Positions 1 to 9,619 are shown, counted from the first letter of the stretch. The stretch is 64,000 nucleotides of DNA from Actinomycetes bacterium (GCA_021793395.1 JAJYSU010000006.1:1534-65533); one strand, 5' to 3'. Numbers and translations: made by a program. Notes: generated by a model from the letters alone, not told the origin.

Positions 1-231
1 ATCTTCCCCTTGACCTTCGCGTCCTCGATCTTCGTCACAGTGTCGTCAATGCCCGGTTGGCTTCAGGGATTCGCCCGTGATCAGCCGGTCTCCCAGGTTG
101 CCCAGGGCGTCCGTTCTCTCATGCTGGGTACCCCGGTGGGCTCGTCGGTGTGGATCGCACTGCTCTGGGCGGTGGGAGCCATCGCCGTACTCAGTCCGCT
201 GGCGACGGCGCGCTACCGCCGCGTCGACTGA
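1..231 (+). CDS. ABC-2 type transporter permease, C-terminal part (5' end outside window)
   Basis: Frame open from base 1 (IFPLTFASSIFVTVSSMPGWLQGFARDQPVS...), hydrophobic, resembles the DrrB/ABC-2 permease C-terminus. Confidence 0.75.
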   Translation: MFPLTFASSIFVTVSSMPGWLQGFARDQPVSQVAQGVRSLMLGTPVGSSVWIALLWAVGAIAVLSPLATARYRRVD

Positions 232-232
232 C

Positions 233-673
233 GTGCTCGGCGTCGACGAACTCCAGGCGATTCTGGTCGAGGCCTTCCCCGGCAATGAGGTCCCCCGAGT
301 GGAGGAGGCCTCGACCGAGTCGGTCCTCCTCTGCCTTCCCGCCACCGAGCGCCACGGACGACCCGGCGGCACGCTGTCGGGTCCGGCCATGATGATGCTG
401 GCCGACACGGCCGCCTGGCTCGCCATCATGACTCGCGTGGGGCCCGTGCTGCTCGCGGTCACGACCAGCCTGCACATTGACTTCCTGCGCAAGCCCGCCC
501 TTAGCGATCTCATGGCTCGTACGCGTCTGCTCAAGCTGGGGCGAAAGTTGGCCGTCGTCGACGTCGAGTTGTTCTCGCGCGGCACCACCGATCCCGTCGC
601 CAAGGCGCAGGTCACCTACTCGCTACCCTCATCGACGCCTCCCGCGGACGAGTCCTCCTCGATCACCCCGTGA
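233..673 (+). CDS. PaaI-family hotdog-fold thioesterase
   Basis: HGRPGGTLSGPAMMMLADTA and VTTSLHIDFLRKP motifs; GTG at 233 directly after the upstream stop. The track start at 77 overlaps the upstream gene. Confidence 0.85.
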   Translation: MLGVDELQAILVEAFPGNEVPRVEEASTESVLLCLPATERHGRPGGTLSGPAMMMLADTAAWLAIMTRVGPVLLAVTTSLHIDFLRKPALSDLMARTRLLKLGRKLAVVDVELFSRGTTDPVAKAQVTYSLPSSTPPADESSSITP

Positions 674-1878
674 GCGATTCCCCGCCGTCACTGCCGCGCG
701 GGCTTCTCTTCGTGATGGCCACCGCGGTCGGCATCATCGTCGCGAACCTCTACTACCTCCAGCCACTGCTGCACCAGGTACGCCAGGACTTCGCCGTCTC
801 CACGGCCAGCGCCTCGGCGCTCATGACGCTGATCCAGTTGGGCTACGCCGCGGGCCTCGCCTTCTTGGTGCCACTCGGGGACCTGGTGGCGCGACGCCGC
901 CTCGTCGTTCTCGACTTCGTCGCCGCCGGCGTACTGATGGCCCTCGGTGCGCTGGCGCACTCGTTCGCGCTCTTCGCCGTGTGCACCTTCGTCATCGGTG
1001 TCGTCTCGGTCGGTGGACAGATGATCGTTCCCTTCGCCGCCGACCTCGCGCCGCGCGCCTACCGCGGGCGCGTGATCGCCTGGGTAATGACCGGGATGCT
1101 CCTGGGCATTCTGCTCTCGCGCACCGTCTCGGGGCTGCTCGCTCAGGTGGCGGGCTGGCGCAGCGTCTACGCGAGCGCGGCGCTGATCCTGATCATCACC
1201 GCGGGTGTCCTGTACCGAGTAATGCCCGACGAACCGGCGCGCGCGCCCCTGCGCTACCGCGCGCTGGTCGCGAGCACCTTTTCCCTCCTCGTGACGTCGT
1301 CGGCGCTGCGCCGGCGCGCGTGGTACGGGGCGCTGGTCTTCGCCTCCTTCAACGTCCTGTGGACGACACTCTCGTACCACCTCGCGGGCGCGCCCTTCCA
1401 CTACTCCAACGCCGTCATCGGGCTGTTCGGGCTGTTCGGAGTCGCCGGCGTCCTGGCCGCGAACGCCGCGGGTCACCTCGCCGATCGGCACCACACGCGC
1501 ACGGCCACTCTCGTCACGACCGCCCTGGTCACGCTCTCCTACGCCGTGCTGTGGCTGGGCCGCGCCAGCGCGGCCGGTCTGGCGATCGGGATCGTCCTGC
1601 TCGACGCCGGCATGCAGGGCACGCACATCACCAACCAGTCGATCATCTACGCGCTCGCTCCCGGGTCGCGCAGCCGCGTCAACAGCGTGTACATGGTGTG
1701 CTGCTTCCTCGGTGCGGCCCTCGGCTCCTACGGCGCCGGCCAGGTCTACGCCGCCACCGGGTGGACGGGCGACTGCTGGCTCGGAGCAGCGTTGGGCCTC
1801 GGCCTACTCGTCCCCGCCGCCGCTGACGCACTCTCTCGGCGAACCACGCGGCGCGCACCGGTCACCGCGAGCGACTAG
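670..1878 (+). CDS. MFS transporter
   Basis: About 12 hydrophobic segments, ANLYYLQPLL and PLGDLVARRRL MFS motifs; GTGA overlap with the upstream stop. Confidence 0.9.
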   Translation: MSDSPPSLPRGLLFVMATAVGIIVANLYYLQPLLHQVRQDFAVSTASASALMTLIQLGYAAGLAFLVPLGDLVARRRLVVLDFVAAGVLMALGALAHSFALFAVCTFVIGVVSVGGQMIVPFAADLAPRAYRGRVIAWVMTGMLLGILLSRTVSGLLAQVAGWRSVYASAALILIITAGVLYRVMPDEPARAPLRYRALVASTFSLLVTSSALRRRAWYGALVFASFNVLWTTLSYHLAGAPFHYSNAVIGLFGLFGVAGVLAANAAGHLADRHHTRTATLVTTALVTLSYAVLWLGRASAAGLAIGIVLLDAGMQGTHITNQSIIYALAPGSRSRVNSVYMVCCFLGAALGSYGAGQVYAATGWTGDCWLGAALGLGLLVPAAADALSRRTTRRAPVTASD

Positions 1879-1889
1879 CCGTCGCGCCC

Positions 1890-3233
1890 TCAGTCCTGGC
1901 CGGTGCGCCGGCGCAGTTCACCCAGCAGGTCGTCGATCGCCACCCGGGTCTGGGCGGTGGTGTCGCGATCGCGCACGGTGACCGCTCGATCCTCGAGGCT
2001 CTGGAAGTCGACGGTTACGCAGTAGGGGGTCCCGACCTCGTCCTGGCGCCGGTAACGTCGGCCGATCGACTGGGTCACGTCGAAGTCACACATGAAGTGC
2101 GCCTGCAGGCGCGTCAGCACGTCGCGCGACACCGCCTCGAGCTCCGGCTTCTTCGACAGCGGGAGCACGGCGACCTGGTAGGGCGCGAGGCGCCAGTCGA
2201 GTCGTAGCACGCTACGCGTCTCGCCCTCGACCACGTCCTCGTGGTAGGCCGCGAGAAGAAACGCCATCATCGCCCTCGTGGCTCCGGCCGCGGGTTCGAT
2301 GACGTAGGGCGTGTACCGTTCGCCGGTGGCCTGATCGAAGTACTCCAGGCGAACACCCGACGCCCGCGAGTGCTGAGTCAGGTCGTAGTCGCCACGATTC
2401 GCGATGCCCTCGAGCTCGTCGAATCCCCACGGGTAGTCGAACTCAATGTCAGTGGTGCCGCGCGAGTAGTGCGAGAGGTCCTCGGGCGCGTGCTCGTGAC
2501 GGCGCAGCAACGACGCCGGAATCCCCAGGTCGAGGTACCAGGCGTAGCGCGCCTCGATCCAGTAGCGGTACCAGTGCTCGGCCTCGGCGGGTGGCACGAA
2601 GTACTCCATCTCCATCTGTTCGAACTCGCGAGTTCGAAACACGAAGTTCTGAGGGGTGATCTCGTTACGGAACGACTTGCCCACCTGGGCGATGCCGAAG
2701 GGCGGGCGTCGGCGCGTCGTGGTGAGAACGTTGGCGAAGTTCGTGAACATTCCCTGAGCGGTCTCCGGACGCAGGTAGGCCGTGGCCCCCTCGCCCTCGA
2801 CCGGCCCCGCCTGGGTCTTAAACATCAGGTTGAAGGCTCGCGCCTCGGTGAACTCGGTGGAACCACAGTTCGGGCACACCCCGTCGATCTTGTCCTCGCG
2901 CCATCGCTCGTGACAGCGCCGGCAGTCCACCAGCGGGTCAGTGAAGGTCGCGAGGTGGCCCGACGCCTCCCAGACCGCGGGGGGGCCGAGAATCGCCGCA
3001 TCGATGCCCACGACGTCGTCGCGCAACTGCACCATCGATCGCCACCAGGCCTGCTTGACGTTGCGCAGCATGTTGACGCCCAGCGGACCGTAGTCGTAGG
3101 CCGAGCGAAAGCCTCCGTAGATCTCGGCCGACGGGAAGATGAAGCCCCGCCGCTTGGTCAGGTTGATCACCTTGTCGAGCAGATCGTCGTCTCTCGCCTC
3201 GGGCGACGTCGCTGCAGGGTCGGAGCTCGCCAT
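1890..3233 (-). CDS. glyQS: Glycine--tRNA ligase (alpha2 type)
   Basis: KRRGFIFPSAEIYGG, YLRPETAQG, FRNEITP, FRTREFEQME, IGRRYRRQDEVGTP. Confidence 0.97.
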   Translation of the reverse strand: MASSDPAATSPEARDDDLLDKVINLTKRRGFIFPSAEIYGGFRSAYDYGPLGVNMLRNVKQAWWRSMVQLRDDVVGIDAAILGPPAVWEASGHLATFTDPLVDCRRCHERWREDKIDGVCPNCGSTEFTEARAFNLMFKTQAGPVEGEGATAYLRPETAQGMFTNFANVLTTTRRRPPFGIAQVGKSFRNEITPQNFVFRTREFEQMEMEYFVPPAEAEHWYRYWIEARYAWYLDLGIPASLLRRHEHAPEDLSHYSRGTTDIEFDYPWGFDELEGIANRGDYDLTQHSRASGVRLEYFDQATGERYTPYVIEPAAGATRAMMAFLLAAYHEDVVEGETRSVLRLDWRLAPYQVAVLPLSKKPELEAVSRDVLTRLQAHFMCDFDVTQSIGRRYRRQDEVGTPYCVTVDFQSLEDRAVTVRDRDTTAQTRVAIDDLLGELRRRTGQD

Positions 3234-3296
3234 CGCTCTAGGCTACCGGGTCGGATTAGGGCGATCGGGCACCACGGCCGTGCGGCCCCTCGCCGG

Positions 3297-4391
3297 TCAG
3301 CTCGAGCGCAACCGCACGATCACTGCGTTGGCCACCAGGCGACCCTGCGGCGCCAGGGTCACGCGCCCGTCGCGCACGCGCACGAGGTGGCGGATCTCGT
3401 CGAGCGACTCAAACGCCTCCACCGGCACGCCACGCCGCGTGCGCAGCGCCAGCGACTCACGCTCGAAACGGCGGGTAGCCTCGTCCAGCACCTCCACGCC
3501 GGCGGTCGCGGGGCGACCCGCTCGCACGCGCGCGATATAGCGCTCGGGCGTGCGCACGTTCCAGTAGCGCCGCCCGTCACGGTGGGAGTGGGCGGCCGAG
3601 CCGTATCCGACGTAGTCGCCCTGATTCCAGTAGACGTGGTTGTGGCGGCACTCGTAGCCCGGACGCGCCCAGTTCGAGATCTCTTCCCACTCGTATCCCG
3701 CCCCCTCGAGGGTGCGTCCCACCAGGTCGTAGGCGTCCGCGGTGGCGTCCTCGTCGGGGTGGCGCGCGGGGTCACGCCCCAGGGGCGTCGCCGGCTCCGC
3801 GGTCAACGCGTAGCAGCTGAGGTGCGGGGGCGGGTGCTCGAGGGAGAGCAGGTCATCCAGCGTCGCCGCAACGTCGTCGAGCGTCTCCGCACGCGACCCG
3901 ATAATGAGATCCATGTTCCAGGTCGTAAAGCCCGCGTCGCTCACCGCCCGCGAGACCGCCCGGTGCGCGCCGACCCCGTGACGTCGGCCCAAGTCGGCCA
4001 GCACGTGGGCCCTCGTCGACTGCACGCCGAAGCTCATCCGGGTCACCCCACCCGCGCGGTAGGTGGACAGTCGGCCGACGTCCGCGTCCTCGGGGTTGCA
4101 CTCGACGGTCACCTCCGCGTCGTCGGTGCGCTCGATCGCGTTCAGAATCTCCACCAGCCGCTCGGCGGGCAGACGCGACGGAGTACCGCCCCCGAAGAAC
4201 ACCGAGGTGGCCGGTGGGACGTCGTGGCGCTGGCGCGCAATCTCCTCGAGCACCGCGTCCACGTAGTCGTCCCTCAGCTCGTCGCGGTCCGCGTAGGTCG
4301 CGAAGGCGCAGTAGTCGCAGCGGTGAGCGCAGAACGGAACGTGCACGTAGACCCCGAAGTCGCGCGTGTCGCGGGTGTCGCGAGTCGTCAC
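3297..4391 (-). CDS. hemW: Radical SAM heme chaperone HemW (HemN-like)
   Basis: YVHVPFCAHRCDYC (CxxxCxxC), FFGGGTPS, YEWEEISNW, HNHVYW. Confidence 0.9.
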   Translation of the reverse strand: MTTRDTRDTRDFGVYVHVPFCAHRCDYCAFATYADRDELRDDYVDAVLEEIARQRHDVPPATSVFFGGGTPSRLPAERLVEILNAIERTDDAEVTVECNPEDADVGRLSTYRAGGVTRMSFGVQSTRAHVLADLGRRHGVGAHRAVSRAVSDAGFTTWNMDLIIGSRAETLDDVAATLDDLLSLEHPPPHLSCYALTAEPATPLGRDPARHPDEDATADAYDLVGRTLEGAGYEWEEISNWARPGYECRHNHVYWNQGDYVGYGSAAHSHRDGRRYWNVRTPERYIARVRAGRPATAGVEVLDEATRRFERESLALRTRRGVPVEAFESLDEIRHLVRVRDGRVTLAPQGRLVANAVIVRLRSS

Positions 4392-5800
4392 GAGCGACCC
4401 GCGCTGCCACGGCGCACCTCGTCGTAGCGGGCCAACGCCTCGACGCGCTCGCGTGCCAGATCGACCATCGCGCGAGCGTAGTGCACCGTCCCCCCCTCGG
4501 GCTGAGCGCAGTCCGCGACACTCGCGTCACGCAGCTCGCGCACGTAGCGACGGGCGTAGACGCCGTCGGGATCGACTCGTTGCGACTGGCGCACGGGATT
4601 GAAAATACGAAAGAACGGCGCGGCGTCAGTGCCCACGCCCGCGCACCACTGCCAGCCGTGCTGATTCGAGGCCACGTCCGCGTCGACGAGGCGCCACAGG
4701 AACCACCGGGCGCCCCAGCGCCAGTCCAGGTGTAGGTGCTTAACGAGGAACGAGGCCGCGACCATGCGCGCCCGATTGTGCATCCATCCCTCGGTCAGCA
4801 GTTGGCGCATCGCGGCGTCGACCAACGGATAGCCGGTGCGACCGCGCGCCCAGATCGCGAAGCGCTCCGCGGCGCGGTCGTCACGGTCGACGCGCAGCGA
4901 CTCCATCGCCGGTTGCAGGGCGTGCCAGCGCGACGCCGGCTCGTGCCACAGTACGTCGGCGTAAAAGTCGCGCCACGCGAGCTGGCGCCACAGCGCCGCG
5001 CGCCCGAGCGACACGCCCTGGGTCACGGCCAGCACTTGGCGCGGGTGCAGTTCGCCGAAGTGCAGCGCCGCGCTGAGTCGGCTCGTGGCGTCCACCCCCA
5101 CCTGATCGCGCCGCGTGGCGTACTCGTCGACGAGGGCGCCGAACGACGTCAGGCGCGCGAGGGCGTGGGCTTCGCCCGCCGGCGCCCTCGCGGGGGGTGG
5201 GTCGTCGGGCAAGTCACCGAAGTACCAGGGCCGCCCCGCGTACGCCCCAGTGGGCCACACCGGTTCATCACTAACCACCCGCCGCCAGTCGGGAATGCTC
5301 GTGGGTCCCGGTGATACCACCTCCGCCCACGGACGCCAGGCGCGCTCGTAGGCGCCAAAGACGCGGTAACGGCTCGCCGCCGCCGTCGTGAGTGTTCCGG
5401 GGGCGACGACGTACGGCGAATCCACGACGTGCAGACGCCGCCCCGCGTCGGTCAGGGCCGTGTCGACCCGACGATCGCGCGCTCGGCTCCACGGCGTGGC
5501 GTCGCCGGTGACGAACACGTCGTAGGACCCCACCGCCCGCGCGAGATCGACCAACACCCGAGCGGGATCGCCCTCGCGCACGACCAGTCGCCCGCCGAGC
5601 GACTGGTCGAGCGCCATCACGGATTCCTTCAGGTACGCTCGGCGGGTCGGCCCGGCCGCACGCACCAGAGGCGACTCGATAACGAAGACGCCGACGACAT
5701 CGCCGTCACCCGCTCGCACGGCCGCCTCGAGGGCTGGATTATCGGTGCGACGCAGGTCACGGCGAAACCAGAACAGCGTGGGACGAGGGCGTCGAGTCGT
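4388..5800 (-). CDS. phr: Deoxyribodipyrimidine photolyase / cryptochrome family protein; start codon atypical (ACG proposed)
   Basis: The N-terminal WFRRDLRRTDNPAL motif lies upstream of the track start (5719); TSRLSAALHFG, GRTGYPLVDAAMRQL, GWMHNRARM, APFFRIFNP present. No ATG/GTG/TTG in frame between the recO stop and the WFRRDLR motif. Confidence 0.85.
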   Translation of the reverse strand, partial: TTRRPRPTLFWFRRDLRRTDNPALEAAVRAGDGDVVGVFVIESPLVRAAGPTRRAYLKESVMALDQSLGGRLVVREGDPARVLVDLARAVGSYDVFVTGDATPWSRARDRRVDTALTDAGRRLHVVDSPYVVAPGTLTTAAASRYRVFGAYERAWRPWAEVVSPGPTSIPDWRRVVSDEPVWPTGAYAGRPWYFGDLPDDPPPARAPAGEAHALARLTSFGALVDEYATRRDQVGVDATSRLSAALHFGELHPRQVLAVTQGVSLGRAALWRQLAWRDFYADVLWHEPASRWHALQPAMESLRVDRDDRAAERFAIWARGRTGYPLVDAAMRQLLTEGWMHNRARMVAASFLVKHLHLDWRWGARWFLWRLVDADVASNQHGWQWCAGVGTDAAPFFRIFNPVRQSQRVDPDGVYARRYVRELRDASVADCAQPEGGTVHYARAMVDLARERVEALARYDEVRRGSAGRS

Positions 5801-5809
5801 CGACGCACT

Positions 5810-6556
5810 TTAGCGGGCGTCGCGCGCCACGCGCGACGCGCTCGTGCGCTCGACGCGCAGGCGTCGTCCCACGTGCTCCTCGAGCGCGTCACGAACCAGC
5901 GTCGCGACCTCGTCGGTTCCCTCCGGTGGCGGCCCGGCCAGCACCGCGCCGAGGGAACCCCCGGTCAGGCGGCGGAGCAACGCGAGAGCGGGAGCCGAGA
6001 GCGGCCGACCGCTGCGGCACCGGTCGCACAACACTCCCCCGACGCGCGCGTCGAAGGCGACGAGGGGCTCATCGCGGCCGCAGTTCACGCACGCGTCAAG
6101 CACTGGCGCCGACCCGTCGTGCGCGAGGAGGCGCAAGTAGAACGAGGCGGGCACCAGGGTGGGGTCGTAGCGGACGTCGTCCAGCGCGGCGAGCACCCGT
6201 ACGCTCAGATCAAAGAGCGCCTCGTCGCTGACCCCCTCGCTCGGCAGGGCGTCGAGTACCTCGACCACTGCGTAGCCCGCGTTGATGCGCTCGTAGTCAC
6301 CGCGCAGCGTCGTCAGTCGCGCGAGGTGGCGCGCGTGACGCACGACGAACAGATCCCCGCGCGTCGCCACGAAGGACGCGTGCACCCACGCGAGCACTTC
6401 GAGCGTCCCGGCCATGGCACTCGACGTCTTGCGCGCGCCCTTCGCAATCGCGCGCACCTTACCGTGACCGCGCGTCCACGACACCACGACTCGATCGGCC
6501 TCTCCGGACTTGTAGGTCCTCAGGACCACGGCGTCGTCGTCGAACTCCCTCGTCAC
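5810..6556 (-). CDS. recO: DNA repair protein RecO
   Basis: AVVLRTYKSGEADRVV, GKVRAIAKGARK, zinc-finger CVNC...CDRC. Confidence 0.93.
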   Translation of the reverse strand: MTREFDDDAVVLRTYKSGEADRVVVSWTRGHGKVRAIAKGARKTSSAMAGTLEVLAWVHASFVATRGDLFVVRHARHLARLTTLRGDYERINAGYAVVEVLDALPSEGVSDEALFDLSVRVLAALDDVRYDPTLVPASFYLRLLAHDGSAPVLDACVNCGRDEPLVAFDARVGGVLCDRCRSGRPLSAPALALLRRLTGGSLGAVLAGPPPEGTDEVATLVRDALEEHVGRRLRVERTSASRVARDAR

Positions 6557-6762
6557 GGTGTCGACTCGTCATCACCCTCGAAATGGTGCGAACGGTGACC
6601 GACTCCAAGAAACCGGTCCAGGGCCACCCCGAGGACGATGAGCACGACGAGCACCAGCGGGATCACCAGGGGCGCGACGAGGCTCGACGCCCCGTCGAGC
6701 GCGAGGGCCCACAGGAGCAGGTACAGCGCCGCCCCCACGATCAGCGCGGCGCGACGCCACAT
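6553..6762 (-). CDS. Small membrane protein (69 aa, two hydrophobic helices)
   Basis: ATG overlaps the uppS stop (TGATG) and its own stop overlaps the recO start; MWRRAALIVGAALYLLLWALAL... Confidence 0.65.
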   Translation of the reverse strand: MWRRAALIVGAALYLLLWALALDGASSLVAPLVIPLVLVVLIVLGVALDRFLGVGHRSHHFEGDDESTP

Positions 6763-7502
6763 CACGAGTCCACCGCGCCGAAGCGGCGTTCGCGCCGCTG
6801 GAACTCCACGATCGCCTCGAAGAGGTCCTCGCGGCGAAAGTCCGGCCACAACACCCCCGTGAACACCATCTCAGCGTACGCCAGTTCCCACAGCAAGAAG
6901 TTAGAGAGCCGGAACTCGCCCGAGGTGCGCACCACGAGATCGGGGTCGCTCAACTCGGGGTGGTAGAGGCGCGCGTGAATCGCGCGTTCGTCGACCTTGT
7001 TGGCGGGAACCTGGTCAGCCACCAGGCGCGCGACCGCGTCGACGATCTCGGCGCGACCTCCGTAGTTGAAGGCGATGTTGAGCGTGAGGCGCCGGTTGTC
7101 CCGGGTCAGTTCCTGCGCGTCGTCCATCTGGCGCAGGACGCCCTTGGGAACCCGCCAATCTCGCCGGCCCGAGAACGTAATCCGCACGCCCTCGGCGTGC
7201 AATTCGTGCTGGCGGCGGCGCAACAGCCCCCGGTTGAAGTTCATCAGGTAGCGCACTTCGTCGACCGGGCGACGCCAGTTCTCGGTCGAGAAGGCGTAGA
7301 CCGTGAGAGTCGACAGCCCCACCGACAACGCCCCGTAGGTCACGTCCAGCAGCGCCTCCTCACCCGCGGCGTGGCCCTCGGTGCGCGCGAGTCCCCGGCG
7401 TTGCGCCCAGCGGCCGTTACCGTCCATCACGATCGCCACGTGACGCGGCACGCGCGAGCGATCGAGCGACGAGGTGACGGGGCGGGGACGCGGGTCGGGC
7501 AC
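6762..7502 (-). CDS. uppS: Polyprenyl diphosphate synthase (UppS)
   Basis: PRHVAIVMDGNGRWA, YAFSTENWRRP, NYGGRAEI, DLVVRTSGEFRLSNFLLW. Confidence 0.96.
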   Translation of the reverse strand: MPDPRPRPVTSSLDRSRVPRHVAIVMDGNGRWAQRRGLARTEGHAAGEEALLDVTYGALSVGLSTLTVYAFSTENWRRPVDEVRYLMNFNRGLLRRRQHELHAEGVRITFSGRRDWRVPKGVLRQMDDAQELTRDNRRLTLNIAFNYGGRAEIVDAVARLVADQVPANKVDERAIHARLYHPELSDPDLVVRTSGEFRLSNFLLWELAYAEMVFTGVLWPDFRREDLFEAIVEFQRRERRFGAVDS

Positions 7503-7594
7503 GGCTAAAACCTAGTGGTCGGGCTGCCGGGGACCCGCGAAGAGAGTCGGCCGCGCCCCTCAGGACGTCGCTCGCGCACCGTTAGTGTCGATCC

Positions 7595-9571
7595 GTGCGC
7601 TCCTTCGATCCCGACGACGACGCCGGGGAGGTTGAGCCCTCCGAGGACGGCGTGCAACTGCGCGAGGACCTCGCGGACCACGAGGCCCATCGAGCGATCG
7701 CCCTCCTGGCGCGCATCACCGGCGACCTACCGGGCGGCGGCGAGGAACGTCCCGGCCAGCGCGCCATGACCGCCCGCGTCGCTCACGCCGTCGCCCGACG
7801 TCGTTCGCTCGTCGTCGAGGCCGGCACCGGCATTGGCAAGTCGCTGGCGTATCTCGTTCCGGCGGCTCTCTGCGGCGAACGAGTGGTCGTCGCGACCGCC
7901 ACCCGCAATCTCCAGGACCAATTGGCCACCAAGGACGCTCCCCTCGTCGCGGCGCACGTGGCGGGTACCCGGGTCGCCGTACTGAAGGGACGTCAGAACT
8001 ACCTCTGTCGCCAGCGGGCCGACGTCGTGGGGGGAGGGGGCCAACTCAGCTTCGAGGACGGCGAACCCGCTCCGCGCGGGGTAGCCCAGCAGATTCGACG
8101 GATCCTTCGCTGGTCCCAGGACACCACCACGGGTGATCGCGACGACCTTGACTTCGAGGTGGACCCTCGAGCCTGGCGGTCGTTGTCGGTCACGCCTCAG
8201 GAGTGCGTCGGTCGCGCGCAGTGTCCCCAGGGTGACTCGTGCTTCGCCGAACTCGCCCGCGACCGCGCCAACGAGAGCACGCTGCTGATCGTCAACACCC
8301 ATCTCTACGCGGCGCATCTCGCGTCGGGCGCGATGCTCTTACCCGCCCACGAACTGGTGATCTTCGACGAGGCCCACGACGTACCCGAGATCATGGCCAG
8401 TCTGCTCGGCACCTCACTCAGCACCGCGCGACTGAGGGCGCTCGCGACCAGCGCCCGAGCTCTGCTCGGGCCGGACGTCGCGGCGCGCACGGGCGAACTG
8501 GCCACCAACGCGGACCGGCTCGCGGGAACCCTCGAGCGTCAGTACGAGCGCGGCGACCTGCGCGGCCTTGACGAATCGGTGGTCCAGGAACTGTCGCGCA
8601 CCCGCGAGCTGGTCACGGACCTCGTCGAGCGTCTGCGCGCGCTCGCGGGCGAGTCGAGCTCCGCCGAGGAGCGCGCTCGTCGGGCGCGAGCACTCGGTCC
8701 CGCCCAGCACCTCGCCAACGACCTCCTGCGCCTCGATGACGTCGACGACGACGAGCTGGTCTTTCTCGCGCGCCGCGAGCGCGACGTGGAGATCGAACTG
8801 TCACTGATCGACGTCGGTCCCCGACTCGCGGCCGACCTGTGGTCCCACGTCACCGGCGTGCTGACGAGCGCGACGATCCCCGATCCCCTGCCGGCCCGCC
8901 TGGGGTTGCGCGACTTCGACCAGGTGACCGTCGACAGCCCCTTCAACTACCACGACCACGCGCTGCTCTACGTTCCCGCGCACTTCCCGGCACGCAACAC
9001 CGACGCCGCCGAGCCCGCCATCGTCGAGGAGCTCGCCACCCTCATTCGCGCCGCCGGCGGGAGAACTCTGGCGCTGTTCACCAACCGCAGCGTCATGAAC
9101 CGAGTCGCCGACGCGATCACCCCCTTCCTCTCGACGCCGATCCTGGTCCAGGGATCGCTCTCGCGAGTCCGACTCATCGAACAGTTCCGCGACGACCCCG
9201 CGGCGAGCCTCTTCGCGGTCACGAGCTTCTGGCAGGGCGTCGACGTGCCCGGGCACTCGCTGAGCCTGGTCACGATCGATCGACTGCCCTTCGCCATCCC
9301 TCATGATCCCCTCGCCGAGGCTCGCCGCGAGCGTGCCGCACGCCCGTTCTACGACGTGGACCTGCCCCGAGCGACCATGCTGCTCGCCCAGGGGGTGGGC
9401 CGGCTCATTCGCGGGGTCGACGACCGCGGTGTCGTCGCCGTCCTCGACACCCGCCTCGCCGAAGCTGGTTACCGCAGTGCGCTCTTTCGCAAACTGCCCC
9501 CCATGGCGCGCACCCGTGACCGCGCCCGAGTCGAGGCGTTCCTGCGCGAACTGGCGAGCGAGCGTCCCTGA
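7595..9571 (+). CDS. dinG: DinG/YoaA-family ATP-dependent helicase
   Basis: EAGTGIGKS Walker A, IFDEAH, four Cys for an Fe-S cluster (YLC...EC...QC...SC), FWQGVDVPG, QGVGRLIR. Confidence 0.9.
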   Translation: MRSFDPDDDAGEVEPSEDGVQLREDLADHEAHRAIALLARITGDLPGGGEERPGQRAMTARVAHAVARRRSLVVEAGTGIGKSLAYLVPAALCGERVVVATATRNLQDQLATKDAPLVAAHVAGTRVAVLKGRQNYLCRQRADVVGGGGQLSFEDGEPAPRGVAQQIRRILRWSQDTTTGDRDDLDFEVDPRAWRSLSVTPQECVGRAQCPQGDSCFAELARDRANESTLLIVNTHLYAAHLASGAMLLPAHELVIFDEAHDVPEIMASLLGTSLSTARLRALATSARALLGPDVAARTGELATNADRLAGTLERQYERGDLRGLDESVVQELSRTRELVTDLVERLRALAGESSSAEERARRARALGPAQHLANDLLRLDDVDDDELVFLARRERDVEIELSLIDVGPRLAADLWSHVTGVLTSATIPDPLPARLGLRDFDQVTVDSPFNYHDHALLYVPAHFPARNTDAAEPAIVEELATLIRAAGGRTLALFTNRSVMNRVADAITPFLSTPILVQGSLSRVRLIEQFRDDPAASLFAVTSFWQGVDVPGHSLSLVTIDRLPFAIPHDPLAEARRERAARPFYDVDLPRATMLLAQGVGRLIRGVDDRGVVAVLDTRLAEAGYRSALFRKLPPMARTRDRARVEAFLRELASERP

Positions 9572-9593
9572 CTCCTCCGGGTTCGGCGGTTAT

Positions 9594-9619
9594 ACTACTA
9601 TTTCACTAGGTTTAGTAGT
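9594..9619. promoter_or_regulatory. AT-rich inverted repeat ACTACTA-N12-TAGTAGT, putative operator upstream of the TauE/SafE gene
   Basis: Perfect 7-bp arms in a strikingly AT-rich patch about 30 nt upstream of the GTG at 9648. Confidence 0.6.

Noticed and set aside
477-1826. 449-aa Arg/Pro-rich ORF overlapping the MFS gene
   Set aside because: Alternative frame of a well-supported gene.
4362-4388. 9-bp tandem giving TRDTRDTRD at the HemW N-terminus
   Set aside because: Three imperfect units in GC-rich coding DNA; no evidence of phase variation.
2241-4427. 728-aa plus-strand ORF
   Set aside because: Antisense shadow of glyQS/hemW, Arg-rich, no motifs; expected in high-GC DNA.
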